From NCBI GenBank assembly GCA_900088475.1, contig FLMG01001570.1, forward strand, positions 186,001 to 250,000: a stretch of 64,000 nt of DNA. The letters run 5' to 3'. The notes beneath the pieces are model-generated. The model saw nothing but the letters and a program-made list of their open reading frames with translations. It was not told the DNA's origin and made no database searches. Origin of the DNA: Hyphochytrium catenoides. Lineage: Eukaryota > Protista > Hyphochytriomycota. Of this stretch, positions 23,105-37,266 are shown piece after piece (position 1 is the first letter of the stretch; each line of letters starts with the position of its first letter). Both the position numbers and the translations under genes were made by a program.

Positions 23105-25127
23105 TGTACCTCCTATTCTGTCTGTACTGTAGATGTAAATCGAAGAGCCACCGCATTGAAACCATGCAATCAATGGCGAATATTTCGCTGAAGTTTATTT
23201 GTCCCAGACTTACAGTGGGTAAGAAGTGTGAAACTATAGTATAGGAATCTATCGTTTGGGGGGGTTACATCCTGTTGATGGAGACAGCGCAAGAAGGTGA
23301 TGAGAGCCGGGAAGCTGTGCTGCTGCTTCTTATTATTTATAAAAATGCTTACTACGGTCGCCACACTGAGAATGCATTCTGCAGTGGTAAAACTATTAGA
23401 AAGAACGATGATGAGAAGAAGACCTCCCCACTAGACGGATGATGAGATGTCGCTTCTTGGGAGCAGCTAGAAGAGTTGGTAAATCGTTATTGATAGGCTC
23501 GGTTCATCAGTCCCTGCTGGAAGGTTTTCCTCCATACTATGATGAGAAAGGCATGGACTATAAGCATAGACGACTATAGCAGCCTTGTCAAGAGCATCAT
23601 CTACACGATCCCATCATCTTTATGTGATAACAAACGGATCTTGCGATGATCTGGACCCTTCTTCCGACTAATCTCCTATTTGTAGAGAAAAATAATCATT
23701 CCTATCATGAAGACAGTCTCCTCAAATAACATGGTGATTACTCACATATCATTGTAGCGTAGAGTTTAGACATCCTACTTGCATCATCAAGATATCAGTG
23801 AGGTACTATTACTGGTAGATGTGGCAGTTACTATCGTCTTCTTTTCTTCAACAGTATATAGGAGAGAGGACTCGTCCGTTGTTGTTCTTGCTGTTGTTTG
23901 CATAATGATGGAGTGTCAACCAGGTCATAAGTATTCTGGAAGCGTGTGGCTAGTCTACTTTTTAGAGAGGGAGACGTCCGCCACCAATATCCTTACCTTT
24001 AACGATAATAATACATAACGACGGCCTCGGCGTTGAAAAGAGTTGCAACAAATCCACCATCATTATCATCATCATTCTCATGAGAGGAGTCCATGACCTC
24101 CTCTGGTGGTGCTGGTCCTGGAAAGATGATATAGTCCTTAATCCAGTTTATAAGGAATGGGCATGGCTGCTGATGGTCTCTCTGCTTTATAATGCATTTG
24201 AAAGAAGAAGCTCTCATTACTGCTAGAATATTTATACATGAAAATTATCAGCACTTAGGGTAGGGGCCCGGGAGGGGCACCACACCAAGGCACAACATTA
24301 TTGTCTGATTTCGAACTGAACGCATACAGGTAAGTAAGTACCAACATGTTGGACAAGTGCTTATGTACTTATGTACTTGTTAGCCCCCTGGAACTTACAA
24401 TATATGAGCATTCCCTGTTGTGCGTCGTCGTTGTTCATGTGTTGCCCTTACATCCTTTCAGGGAACAAGGACCATCACCTAACCATGACAGCCCCAGACC
24501 TCCCCTCCACCCTTCCTCTCCCCTGCATACCTCGTAAGATAACACTGTCGCGCTCTTTCTCTATCGCATCGCACTCTGTCTCTCGACACCTCACTCTGTC
24601 TTCTCTTTCCTATCTCTGTCTTTTTCTCCTACCCCCAATCCCGTTCTACATTTCTTTTGTAGATCTTTTACCAATCTCTCTTCTCCTGAAGCCTCCCTCT
24701 CAATGCCAGTGGGAAGATCTCTTCTCTCCTCCCTCTTCCTCTCTCTCTCGGGCTCGGTATAATCTCTCTCTGTCTCTGTGAGAGGTATGTGCACCCTTTT
24801 GAGAACTTTTTGGTCGATGGCCCGTGACTCACAGTGAGCGGCTGCAGCTTCTCCGTGAGCTGGCAGGAGAAGCTTCATGAGCCAGAAAGCTTGTGCAGAC
24901 GACCCCAGAGTGCGAAGAGGGCATCCTCTAAACCCTTGCAGACCGCTGACAGAGGCGGCCCAAGCGAAGATTGTAGTGGAGAGGCTGAGAGCGAGAGCAA
25001 AGCTAGATCCAGGAGGAAAACTGCGGCCATTCATCTGATACTATTTGGGCCCAGAGAGGTCGAGACGCAACCCAATCTTGGGAGCTAGGAGCAGAGGAAG
25101 CCTAGCGGGCTGTAGAGTTGCTTTAGG

Positions 25128-28100
25128 ATGGCGGATAGGAGGCGTGGCCACCCTCCTTACAAAGCAGGAGGGAATGGAAGGCCAAAACCTGGGCCTCCTC
25201 CCTCAACAGGCATTAAGAGCGGCATGACCGTCGAGGTGTGTGTTCTCATTCTCCTCCATGCCTCTTGCCTTTTAATCTCAACGTGCCTTGTGGTCCCTTA
25301 CTAGGAGCTAAAGAAATTGACACAGCAGAGGATGAAGCAGACGAAAAAGAAAGGACCTCCACCTCCTCGCCCTATCACAATCCCACCTCCGGGAGGACCA
25401 CCCAATGGTCCAGGTGGAGCCTCTGGTCCAACGTGGCAGCCTGTGCCCCACAAGTCTCCGACAAGGCCCACAGAGCCGGGGCGTTTGGTACCCAAGCGCG
25501 GCATGACTGTCGAGGTTCACACAGCTTCCGACTTGTCGCCTGAGTCATCTTGTATCCTAGTGCCTCAAACCTCTCGCCCCCTCTCTTTTGTACATTGCTG
25601 CGCATTCTCTTTCCATGTAACTTTCCATCACCAACCCCCTTTATGTCCGTATCCACTCTAACAGTTTAACCTACCCTAGGAGCTAAAGGAGCTCACACTA
25701 AGGCGTTTGGAGTCTGAAAAGGCTCAAAAGGGGGAGATAGGGCTTCCCGTAGAGGAGAAGTCGGGTCGCTCTCTGGGTGGACCCTTCCACTATCAGCCTA
25801 GGTTACCTGTTCAGATTGGGGCTGAACAGGCACCTTCACCATCTCCTCTCCCTCCACACTCGCCTCTGCCACCTCATTCTCCACTGCCACCGCATCCTAA
25901 CTCTCGAGGCAATCGGCCTTCTAGTAGTCAGACTCGGATTTCAAGTAAGAGCTAGCTACGAGATGCTTCTTACCTTTCTATGTGCTTCTTGTGCTTAACC
26001 AAGTGACGACTTCTGCTCATATTATTCGTCTTTCATTGCGCGTTATCTATGTCTTTTGCGTGCCTCTCTACCGGTTGTGAGCTCTCTCGGGTCAGGTCAC
26101 GATTGAGCTGCTATCTCGATCATGATCCCTTTTAACATCTCGAAATCTTAGGCGGCATACCAGGGACTCCTCCGGCACCCGTAGGCGCGGTCCCGCTGTG
26201 GACATATTCGGAACCAAAGGCCGAGGGCACCGGCGAGCCGCAGATATATGAGAACAAGCAGAACCAACCTGCTCAGCAGAGAAACGCAAAGGTACAAAAT
26301 CTATGATGCGGTCTGGGACTTATTCTTTTTTGGCACCTTCCAAGTTAGAGCGTTGGTGATCGCTAATGGGCTATTTTTCTATTTGCTTTTGCTCTCCGTT
26401 GATTACATCGTCGCTGCTGCTAGGGGACTCGGGAAGGCAACCGCTCTGCCAGGAGCTTTGCTTTGGGTGATGGCTATGGAGATAACGCAGTAGAACCGCC
26501 TCCGAGAGTAGCGTTTGAGGAGCCAGGACAGGATGTGAATGTGAGATCTGTCGGTGGTTTGTGGTCTCAGGATGGCTATGGAGGCTTCAATAACTACCAG
26601 GTAGCAAGAGCTTCAATGTGAAGGGAATACTCTTACAAATTTTTTAGCTGGATAGTGCTCCCCTCTCTGTTTGACTCCCGTTCATCTTCTCTAGTCTCGG
26701 GAACTGCTTCTCTTTCTACGCAGCCCACAATATTTTCCTGGCAGCTCCAGCGAGTGGCCTACCTTTTGTCTCTTCCTTCTGTGGTCACCTCTCCTTTCTC
26801 AAAATGCTCTTTTATCATTGGTCGACAGATGAGCTCTCTCTACCCCAGCGTCGGCCTGGAGATGCTAGGTTTGCTTGAGACTCCGCCCGCCGCCGCCGAG
26901 GCTCCGTCACCCAGAGAACGCGAAACAGACTCAGGATCGACTTACACGAGAGGTAGAGTGCCATCGGTCAGTCTGGTGCCCAAGCAGGTGAGCGCTAAAC
27001 ATTATGCCTTTGCTTATCGGTCGCCTTCCTTTTTGAATATTCTCGGTCTGATTGATTTTGTTTATTCCCAAACGCTATAAAACTGTTGACAACTCCGCTG
27101 TAGATGGCTGAGGCTGTGTTAGGAGCATACGATAGACTTCAGATTTCGGACAACCTGCATAACGAGGAAACAGACACTTCGGTAAGAAGGTTGCCTCCTG
27201 GTCTCACCTTTTGGCCACTCATCTATGCCGATGATGCTCTCTATACGATAGGGTTACAGTGCCTCATCTCCGGTCCATCAACTGCAGCGACAAAGGGCGA
27301 ACAGTAATGTTAGTTCTGGAGGCACGCCAACCAACACCAATGCTGCTCGAATGTTTCTTGAAAGAAGAGCCAGCAAGGAAAGTCTTAGCGCGATGATGAG
27401 CCAAAGTAGCCAAAGTAAGTTATCATCTACAAAGGAGATGGTATTTTCTTCCTGTCATAGTGCGCCTGGTCTCCACGCCTCTTCGTTGTTGACATTTTTG
27501 GTAATTGGGGTCTTTGCGCATTCCAATCTTCCTGTGAACGAATTCCTGACTCTTCACGGTCGTATGTCCGTAGGCAACCATGCTCAAGGTTCAAACTCCG
27601 CGAGCGCTGGATCGGGGGCCAACACAATCTCACGTCCTGGATTGGCCCGTCGGAAAAGTGTCGGTGCAGGCATGCTGCCAAGTAAGAAGGCGGACTTTGG
27701 TGGCGTTGCGAGCACGCTCTTCAATACGGAAGATACAGACTTACATAGGGGTATGTGCCTTCCATCCTCCTAGTTTGACAGCCTTTTGGGCATCTATTGC
27801 ACTTGCACAAGCGTTGAACGTAGGAGACTCAAAAACTTCCACGTGTCCTGCCCCTTGTGATGGACCTCCATATACTAAGCTCTCAACTCTCTCGTCATCT
27901 CAGGCCTTCTGACCATGGCACTAGATCTGGGAAGCATCTCGGAAATGCCAGAGACAGACCAGGTCCAGGGTATCTCGTATGGACGAGAACATGGGATACG
28001 TAAGCACTATGATAAGTGTTGAATTTTCTTCGTCTTTGGTCTCAATTTCCTTTGCATATGCTTAGTAGCACTATCACCGCGATAATTTAGACCGCCTCAC

Positions 28101-29231
28101 TTCCGCAGGCACAGAAGGCTTCAGTCCCTATTCGGATTTCTCCTCGAATAGTGGAAGAGGAGTAGGAGAAGCAGCTAGTTGGTTAGGGGGCAGGAGTGGT
28201 GACTCAACTCCTGAATATTTGGATGTACTGGAGAGCCCAGGCGAGCTGGAAGGACACATTGAGAAGGTATGGTTGCTTGATCTCTCTCCTAAGCCTATTC
28301 TCTCTCTGTCAACCACTGTATGAAGACGATCTCTCACCTTGTTTCGTTCTCTATATTTGCTAACTCAACATCCTCATCCTTCCTGCATCACCCTCCTGCT
28401 TCAGCTTGCAAAGAGCCAGTCCAGTGGTAGTTATTCAAGCGAGAGCCCAGCCAGCGTACGTCACTATATTTTCCTTTCCAGATAGCTCTGTAGCTGTAGC
28501 AACGTTGTATCTAATCTAGGTGCGTCGTATGTGCACTACCCAATCGGGTGATAGGCTCTGGCAAGGCTCAAGAGACGAAACAGCATTAGGCAAGCTCAGA
28601 GACAGCAAGAGGAGCAGGCTCGCAGCACCTCAGGTGAGAGCGGTCCGCAGATCCTTCATTATGACTTCAGAGAGTTCTGGAGACAGTGAGGGAAACTCGA
28701 CGGATAGCGTTAACACATGCTTGATTCTTGCCTAGCTGTCCATCTGACTACTGCCCTTCCGTATAAACTGCTTGTGTCTAGATGAGACGAAAGAGTCCAA
28801 CGGCACTAGGCTGCGATCGGGCTCTAGGAGCCGGTTAGATGACCTTAGGGAGAGGGACAGAGACCTGAACGGTAGGACCTTCATGAATCCGCAAGATGGC
28901 CAGAGCTTAGAGGAGCGCCTCGCTGAAGCAGCGCGGAGAGTAGCTGCAACCGCCACCAGTAACAATAAGGTAAAGAGATCTCTGCCCTCTTAACTGAGAT
29001 CCTCTGTCTTCTCTGCGCTCTTCCTCTTCTCAGAGAGTGCCACTAGCTTCGTCAACCTCATACGCGCATTTGCTCATCATGTCTTCGGCTTTCGGTTTTC
29101 TACCATCGTCCTTGCTTACCTATCTATGGTTCTGTCAGGCGGAGTTCATGGCTGCGATGAATGAGCTAGAAGCTCTGAAAAAGGAAGCCCAGCGGATTCT
29201 AGAGCACCCGGGCTATGTGCAGCATCAGTGA
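25128..29231 (+). CDS. Multi-exon, largely disordered Pro/Ser-rich protein with two GMTVEELKxLT..R motifs
   Basis: About 15 exons join in frame through GT-AG introns from MADRRRGHPP to ...KKEAQRILEHPGYVQHQ*. Short helical motifs GMTVEELKKLTQQRM, GMTVEELKELTLRRL, VPKQMAEAVLG; (SPLPPH)x3 at about 25842-25895. No named family. Confidence 0.75.
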
Positions 29232-30163
29232 TAGCCGTCCTTTCTTCTTTCTCGTCCGCTTTCGTCTTCCTTGTTGTCCTGCTTTTCCATTTGTCTCACT
29301 TCTTTGTTCTTTGTCTTGGCTCGTCCTTTTATAGTCAGCACGTCTTCCACACTTGGCGAGGAGGGACAGCCAGTTACTTCTTCTTTCCGATCTTCTCTTC
29401 CCTGCCTTCCTCTATACCGTCGTATCAAGTCGCCGCTCCTGGGATTGGGGGAGGAAGTGAGGACCCCTTGCTACATATTTCCTTGTGCTTCTTTATTCTT
29501 TGACATTGTACGGCTGAACACTCTCTGTCCATGTTCCAGTCTTTATATCGACGGCCCTATGGCTGCTAATAAGATCTACGTTCCAAGAAAAGTCTTCTCC
29601 GTGCCATTACCTAGCTTCTCGTAATGTTTGGCTTCTGAACCTCCTCTCCTGTCAAGCATGAATGTATATCTTCTGCCCCGCCCTCTGCACGCGGTCTACG
29701 GCTCGCTTCACCCTTCTCCTTATCTCTTCGCCAGCAAAAGCAACCAGAAGACGAGTACGCCCATTATGACGCGCGGGACCCTTCTACTAAAGGAAACGAG
29801 CTGGTTATGCCAAGCCAATGTTTTCCCTCCCTCGGGACCGACGCGGAAGCTAGGGATTCTTCTACCTTTTGCCGGTGTCTTGCCCCGAAGTGAATCGGCC
29901 TCGAACTCGCCGTCCATCGAAAGCAGCGTGCTCTGCGGATAGGCAACTACAGGGGTGGCCTATAGGCTAAGGCGTCTCCCCGTATATGTACATATGTTGT
30001 TGCTCCCTTTCATTAGGGATATAGCTCGCACTGCCCAGAGATCACATAGAGAACACACTGCATCTGTTTCACATTCGGGGCTCTAATGGTTCTAGTCAAT
30101 AACATTAGCGTCTCCTGCTAGTAGGAAATAAGTTAAGTTTGCAGGGAGGCACCAGTCCTGCCA

Positions 30164-33100
30164 CTATTTGGTTCTGATGAATGCTCGAACCTCCGCCACA
30201 AAAGACCTCATATTCTTCCTAAAAATCTGCTTGTTCTGCCTTGTCAACTGCGGTGTCACTCCGTTGTCTGTCAGTAACTTCTGGAAAGCCGCAGCCAGAC
30301 GGTCAGCGTGCTCTGGCCCCTGTTCCCTCACGATACTCTGTATTACAAGCCAGTGCCGCTCCTTCTCACAGATGATCAAGGACAATACGGCATGTGAAAT
30401 GGGGTCAACAAGGCTGCCGATATGATCCTGATAGACCACCATCGAGAAGATGAGCTGCAAAGAGCGAGAGACACAGGCCCCAGGAGAACAACGGAGGGTG
30501 CAGAGAGATGGGAAGTGATGTTAGCGGCTGTGGTAGGTCCTGAAAGATATGTCAAAGGGAGGATGCAGGCTCTTCAATAATTCTTTCCCTCTCTCGTTCG
30601 TGCAGTCTCTCCATTTCGTCCTCTGCTGCCCGCTTCATTGTGTTCACCAATCACTTCAACCGCAAACAACGTCCGATATCTACCTTCAGAAAGTCAGCAA
30701 AGAGTTCTGGCTCTTGCTGTAGCTTCTCTCTGAGACCTTCTCTTCCTCTCCCAACGGCTTGAGCATGGAAGCTTGCAAGTTCCGTTAAGGCCAATAAGCT
30801 TGCGCCAGCAATCTAGGCAGGCATTCGTGGACAAGATTACCGTTAGACGGTCGAAACGCTTGGCGCCGCCGCCACCACCCATGAGGCTCTTTCTCTCTGA
30901 TATGTTCCGATTCCTTCACCACTCCTCACCTCTTTCTGTGAACTCTGGATGCCCACCGCTAGTGCCCGCATCAACTTCTGGAAGAGACTACTGCTGAGTT
31001 TCGCCACTTTCTCAGGATAGACTTCCAAAAGAAAGCAGAGGAGAGAGAAGAACTGCTTCGACAGTGAAGGGAAGGCCAGAAGCTCTTCCGTCATTAGGGG
31101 TAGAACAAGGTTCAACGCATAGAACACTACGTCTGCGACCGCCACCTAAAAGGGCAAGAGACCGGGAAGAACGCCTTTAGAGATGATCAAAGTCTCAAAA
31201 CGAGGTAATCGGACACTGCGTAAGACAACAGGAAGCCATAGAAGACTCATGACGAAAGTCCTCACCGTGCTTCCACCCCCATTGTCATCAGCAAAGTCTA
31301 CGATATCCTTGTTGATGAGATGAGACAGCAAGCGAAGCAGTGACAGGATGTGTTGGTAGCTCTCTTCCTCCTCGTCCGCGGTAAAGGTCCGGAGCCCAAG
31401 GTTGTGCTTTGAGTAGAGTTCAAAGACTCTGGCGCAAACCTGGTAGATGACCAGAGAATCCTGCAGTGTTACAATGGCAGTCGTGAGCCTAGGCTTTAAA
31501 AATGTGGATGTTCACTCCATCTTCCTTTTGCGAGCAAGACCGCAGGGAAGAGGCAGCTGTTGGATTGTAAGGCAATAGTTGACAGGAACAGAAGAGAGCA
31601 ATGGAAAGGGAAGCTGATGAGAGACCTAAGGTCTTTTAGCAGATATCATGGCCCATGGTTGGGAAAGATCATGAAAGAGCAGAGGATGGGAAACTTCTCT
31701 AAAAAGGACCGAGAGTTTCGCTTGCTCAGACGTGCTTGACACTTGACCTGAGGGCTAAGGAAAGCCAGCTGTCCTTCTACCAGCGTATCAAAGTAGGACA
31801 GGAGCAGGTTCACAATGTCCAGACGGCCATGATAGATGTCCAGCAGCCGTATGAACTCCTCTGCGGCTGGCCGGCAGACACTGAAGACGAGCTTGTAGTT
31901 TTCACTTCACATGTGAAGGGGAAATAGTGTTAGAAGTATTTTGTTCGCCTTCTCTGTTCTCGTTCCTTCCTTTCCCCTTTTGTTGGGCGTGAGCTTGTTC
32001 CTCACCTGTCTGCGGCCCTTACGACTCCCAAGAACATGGCAAGTACAGCTCTGGTTTCCTCAATGACATCACTTCGCTGTAAGAGCGACCGTCGATCTGG
32101 GTGCGTCTCAATCGCCGCCTGGAGGATGAGGCAACATTGAGTTGCTTTGAAGGAAAATTGAACTTTGCTGACCAACGAAGGATATGGCTCCAAAAGTAAG
32201 GAAAGAGCCTTAGAACCCTTTGGAGGGTAACGTAACGTCAAAGTCAAAGGTAGATCAATGCGGATGAGACAGGTTGACCCCAAGACAGTGGTGAGGAGGT
32301 CGGGGGAAGAGACCTACCAGCTTGTGAAGCCTTCCCTGCATTGGTCCCACAACTCTCTGGAAGTTATGTCTCCTCATATCATCTGTCTCTGCACGTAGCT
32401 CTCCTCTACATAAAGCCTCCACCAGCAGCTCTCTCCGACCCCTCGGGAGTCGGCCGAGGCGACCCTCCGCGAAAGCAGAGACTAGCTGGACCCATGAGGG
32501 CAACTGAGAGATGTTATCAACCTTGTTGGCTAGCAACTTCAGCAATCGACATGCCTGATGAGCCCCAAGAGGTCGGACGAGGGAGAACATCAATGTTAGG
32601 AGCAGGTCTAGACCCTTCCCTTTCTTGCCTCCCAATGGCCGTCCCTGGTGGAATGTTCATCCCTCACACAGACCATTCTCCTCACCAGCTGCGCAGCATA
32701 CGTTCATCCCTCTCTGCCTCTGTCCCTTGGGTGCAGAACTGCTCTCTTCCTGGCGTACTCTACCTTCCACTAACGATATCTCCATAACAGCTGAGCGGTC
32801 AATCTGAAACACTTCAGCCACGTCCCGCTTCTTCCCCCCACCCCGTTTTTCTCTTCTTTTCTCTGAACTTGCTATATCTAGAGCAATGTACTCTTGCGGG
32901 CTCCCTACCTGCTCTGTGACGTGTGGCTCGGTGGGCCAGATTGTAAGGTAAATAGTACATTGTTGGACGAGAAAGTCCACGACCTGTCTACCTCCCTCTC
33001 CTGGCCTTAGCCCATAATGTGCCTGGACTCCTATCCTCTTGGCCCCGAGTCTTTCTCTTTCTTCCCTTTCCTTCCCTACTCCGACGATGGGAGAGGTGGA

Positions 33101-36067
33101 GGAGAGATACGAGGGCGCCCATCGCACAAAGAACTTCAGCAGCTCTTCGGCTAGCACAGGGCTGACCTGTACATCATCGGGCTTAGCATGGAACTTGCCA
33201 GAACCCTGATCAACGGTAAATAGTCGGCCTGATTCTTGATCGAGGATCTGCATTATGGTTGAACTGAGGCCAATCGTGGGGTCTTGGCTGGCTTGTTCTT
33301 GTGAGAAAGAGGAGGATAGAGCTAGCAGAGGCTCCGGTATCTGAGGCGTCTCGCCCTCAGCATCGTCCGCCAAGAGAAACCGAGAGAAGAGCACGAGGAA
33401 ACAAAGCTGCTCCAAGAGCTTGGCGAATTCTGGAAGATGACAAGAGGAAGGCAAGAGGAGTCATAAATGATTAGATCGTTTGTCAAGAGCAAAGTGAGCT
33501 ATGGAAGAGAGAGATATAGTGGTGTAGGCAGTGAGCGTGAGAGAAACACGTCAATAATGGTATAAGAACAAGAGGGAGAGACCATAATCAGCAGAAGGAA
33601 GACACACCAGGCACCATCGTGTTTGGTGGTAGCTTTCTAGACAGGTCCAACAACATCTGACGGTGCTCTTGCAGTTTCCCAGCGAGCAGAGACAGAGAGA
33701 AAGCTGGGACCATTCGGCCCAGTGCAGCAACTGCCCTCATCTGTTCCTCCTCTCCCGAACACCCTTCTCCTTCTCCCTCCTCCTCCTCTTCTTCTTCTTC
33801 CTCTTCTGTCAGTGACTCTATCTCCGCTGCCGCTAACTGAAGCTTCAGAGCAACGTAGCTTTCCAGGACGGGAGATACTGCAGCCGTGAGCACAGGGAAG
33901 AAGCTACTGAGCTCAGCAGACAGCGAAGCCAGCGTAGTGGGTAGGGAGGTTGGGAGCGATAGGATCTCAAGAACAGCTCTATGTGCTGCCATACTAGAGA
34001 AAGCATCTAGAAGCGAGCCCAGAGCTTCAAACATCCAGGAGCTTTCAGCCTGTGAGAGAATAAAAGAAGTGAGGTCGTGGCAGAAAGAGGCAGGCTTGAG
34101 TATGGTAGGAACATGACAAAGGGGGCCGATTCTCGACAAGCCAGAGTGAGAATTTGAGCAGACACATACCTCCTTTGCCCTGACCTCTCCCCTGCTAAGT
34201 GTCTCAGCTAATCCTTGCAGAAGTCGGCAGCATAGCGCTGCCAAGGTTTGCAGGACGTCTACTCGACCCGGGACTTTTAGAAGGAGTTCTAGCCCCAGAG
34301 CCTCAATTACCCGTCCGACAATCTAGCAGGCATTAGGTGAAATCGATGCGCTTAAGTGTGCAGGCAAGTGGAAGGCTGAAGGTAGAGCTGAGGTCCTTGA
34401 AAAGTACAAAGCAGAGAGAAGTTTATGATCCACAAGAGAATTGGCGTTAAGGGCAGACGGAAATAGACATAGAGAAACAAGAGCTAGCCACACGAGAAAG
34501 AAGATGAGTCAGACCTGACAAAACGAGATAACCTCAAGCTGCTTTTCCTCTTCGTCCCGTATGGCGTTTTGTGCCTCAGGGGACAGGAACTAACAAACGA
34601 GTAGTAAGCCCTTCGCTCTCGAGTGCTCGTCTCAAACACTATTCTCTTACGTTTTCACTCTCTTCATCCTTATGAATCCTCTCCTCTAACCCAGACGGCT
34701 CCTCTCGTAAGTTTGTTCTCTCAACCTTCACCCCAACCTGCATAGAATGTTTCTATAGGTTTGGCTCTATGTAACATAGAGACGAGCATTTCGTCTCCTC
34801 GCCTGCTCTATGAAGCTCGCCTGCTCTATGGACCTTCTTCAAGCCACATTATACTTTGCTGCTTCACTGTCCGACTGTAGGTCGTGTCCTCATCCTCTCC
34901 ACTATTGTTAACATCTGTTCCTTACCTGGAAAGCCTCAGAGAGAATGAAAGAATGGAACTGGACTGATTCATCCTCGTTCTTGAAGATGCTACCATGTAA
35001 GGAGGCGAGACGAAGGATGAGCTGGCGGAGGAGATGGGCGAGGGTTGGAAGAGAGAGGGTCCGGCACTGACGGTAGAGGTTGAAGGCAGACTGAAGAAAC
35101 TCAGGCTGGACGAGGAAATCCCGCCATGACGGGCCTGGGGCGATCAAGTTGCTCCTACAGGGAAAATTGTAAGAGCGAGTTAGAGAGATTGGCTTAGGGT
35201 TGGAGAAGAGAGCAGTACCGCGTTGCCGGGAAAATCCTAAGTGGAGTTTGTGGCTAGAAGGCGCTGATAGCTGTCCCAGGGTATCCTTCCCTACCTGTTC
35301 CCCTTCTTATCAGTGAGAAATTCGTCCGTGGACTCAGCACTGGATAGTGAAAAGTCCCAATCAAGGAGTTCAATGCAGAGGGAGAGGGATGCCGACAGAA
35401 GTGCGAAGACTGACGGCTCCCCATTAGGTAGCAAAAGGGCTGGCGCCTTGGAAATACCCGCAGCCTCCCTGAGAGCAGTCCTAGAGGTTGGATGAGAGAC
35501 AAGAGAGGAGAAGAACGGGAAGGCAATCTCAAAACACTGTCTTAGCCCGTATGATAGCAGGCCCTTCCTGGCAAGAGCGTGAAACTCGAGAGAAAGTGAC
35601 AGAGCACTGCTTTTGCTTGCAGAGAACTCCTGCACAAGGGCGGTTAAGAGCTTCAGCCCGACCAGCTGGTGGCGTCGGTCCATTGTTAGCAGGTTCCTCA
35701 GCTGCAGAAGCAGGAACTCCTTCTGGTCAGGTGGATCTTCCACCCATCCCCGCTTGCTAATGAGGGCAACGATCTGGATGAGCTGTGAGAGCACCACGGG
35801 TTCAAATGCCGAGAAGCGCTGGCAGCGATAGGTCCACGCAGCAGAAAGCGAGGTCGGGGAAGAGGTTGAGAGAGACAAGAGAAAGAGGAGGAATTGGAGG
35901 GGCGAGAGATCGAGACAGAGAGAGAAGGCAGACCATCCGAGATCAAGACGTGTGAGGAGGCAGTCATAGGTAGCCGAAGAGAATGACGAGTGTTAGACAA
36001 TCGGTGACGATAGTGGAAGATAAGGGAACGTGCCAGAAAATGAAGGTCAGACATAAGGCCCAGGATA

Positions 36068-36130
<63 letters not shown>

Positions 36131-36758
36131 CTAGTGACCGAGTCTCTCCTTCTGCACCCGCGGGTTCAGACCAACGGCAAGGGAAGAGCTACGTGGACAG
36201 ACTGACAGAGAGCGAAGGCAGGGCACAAGAAGGCTTAGCTCAAAGGGATGGAGGAGAGAGAAACCAGCAGGCCCCGCTGCGGCTGGAGACGACAACGTCA
36301 GGCCAGGAGAGAGAGGGCAGAACGAGAATGACTGGGAGGTGAGGAGGACAGAGAAAGACAGCAATGAGAAGCAGAAGGAATTTATAGCGATAGCGGTCGG
36401 CTGTTACGAAGCACAGAGAGAGAGAGACCAGAAGAGGAAAGCGGCGTTTAAGGCCTATGCACAGCACCTGCAGAACCAGATTGACCACTGAGGCTCTTAT
36501 GTTCTTCTGCTCCTCGACAGAAAGAGAAATCCATCGCCTCATAACCGCCTCTCGCAGAGCCAGTGCCGCTTGGAACTGCACGAAGGCATCGCCACTGTGC
36601 TGGAGGATGGAGAGCGAGTCGGATATGGCTGAAGGATTCTGACGGAAGGAGAGCAGCGCGTTCTCAGCCTCCGTCCGGGCGGAAGAGGACCCTCCGCCGG
36701 TCTGGAGCTGCCGGCAAGCCAGCTCAAACATGTGAAGGTTGTGCGGCTCTGTCGTCAT
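30164..36758 (-). CDS. XPO4: Exportin-4 (importin-beta family), ~14 exons
   Basis: N-terminus FELACRQLQ...ARTEAENALLSFRQ...FVQFQAALALREAVMRRW, IVALISKRGW, LVQEFSASKSSALSLSLEFH, GPSWRDFL, LLADDAEGETPQIP, LPLMTEELLAFPSLSKQFF, C-terminus FRKNMRSFVAEVRAFIRTK. Confidence 0.92.
36071..36128. repeat. Perfect (AG)29 microsatellite in XPO4 intron 1
   Basis: 58-bp uninterrupted dinucleotide run. Confidence 0.97.
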
Positions 36759-37266
36759 TTCTCTCCCGTTTCTTCTCTGTTTCTCTCTACTTCTTTTCCT
36801 TCTCTCTCTTCTACTCGTTAGCCCTCTGTGGCAACAGTTATGTCCGTAGAAGTGCACCGTGTTGGCGTCCTTGTCCCTCAGATGCTCTCATCCCTTTCAA
36901 CGCATCCTGAGGAGGACGCTCGGTCTGCTTCGATCTCTCACGGGGTCTGCACAGCCCTGCCCACTTCTCTGGACTGCCTCCCTGCCGGGCGATGCACCGC
37001 CTCTCTCTCTCTTTCTCTCTTGCCTTCGACTGCTCACTGTCTGAGCTGCTGCTCGCTGCCGAGCTTCTTCTGTCTCACTTTCTCTCTCTCCTTGGTCTCT
37101 CTCCTCGGTCTGCCCCTCTCCTCGCCGCCTCCACCCTTCCTTTGATGTGCTTCATTCTTAGAGGTGAAGGGCGCACCATTGGTTTTAAACGTGCGCTACT
37201 TATGAGCCTGAAGCGCACATAAAATACGAGGAATGTGAGAGGTCTTTTAGTGTATTAGAGCCTACG

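Noticed and set aside
12336-35290. U12-donor-like GTATCCTT/ATATCCTT strings (about 12336, 22814, 23988, 31304, 35281)
   Set aside because: They are antisense to the genes (often the reverse complement of an ordinary GTAAGGAT donor), exonic or intergenic; none opens an intron needed for a reading frame.
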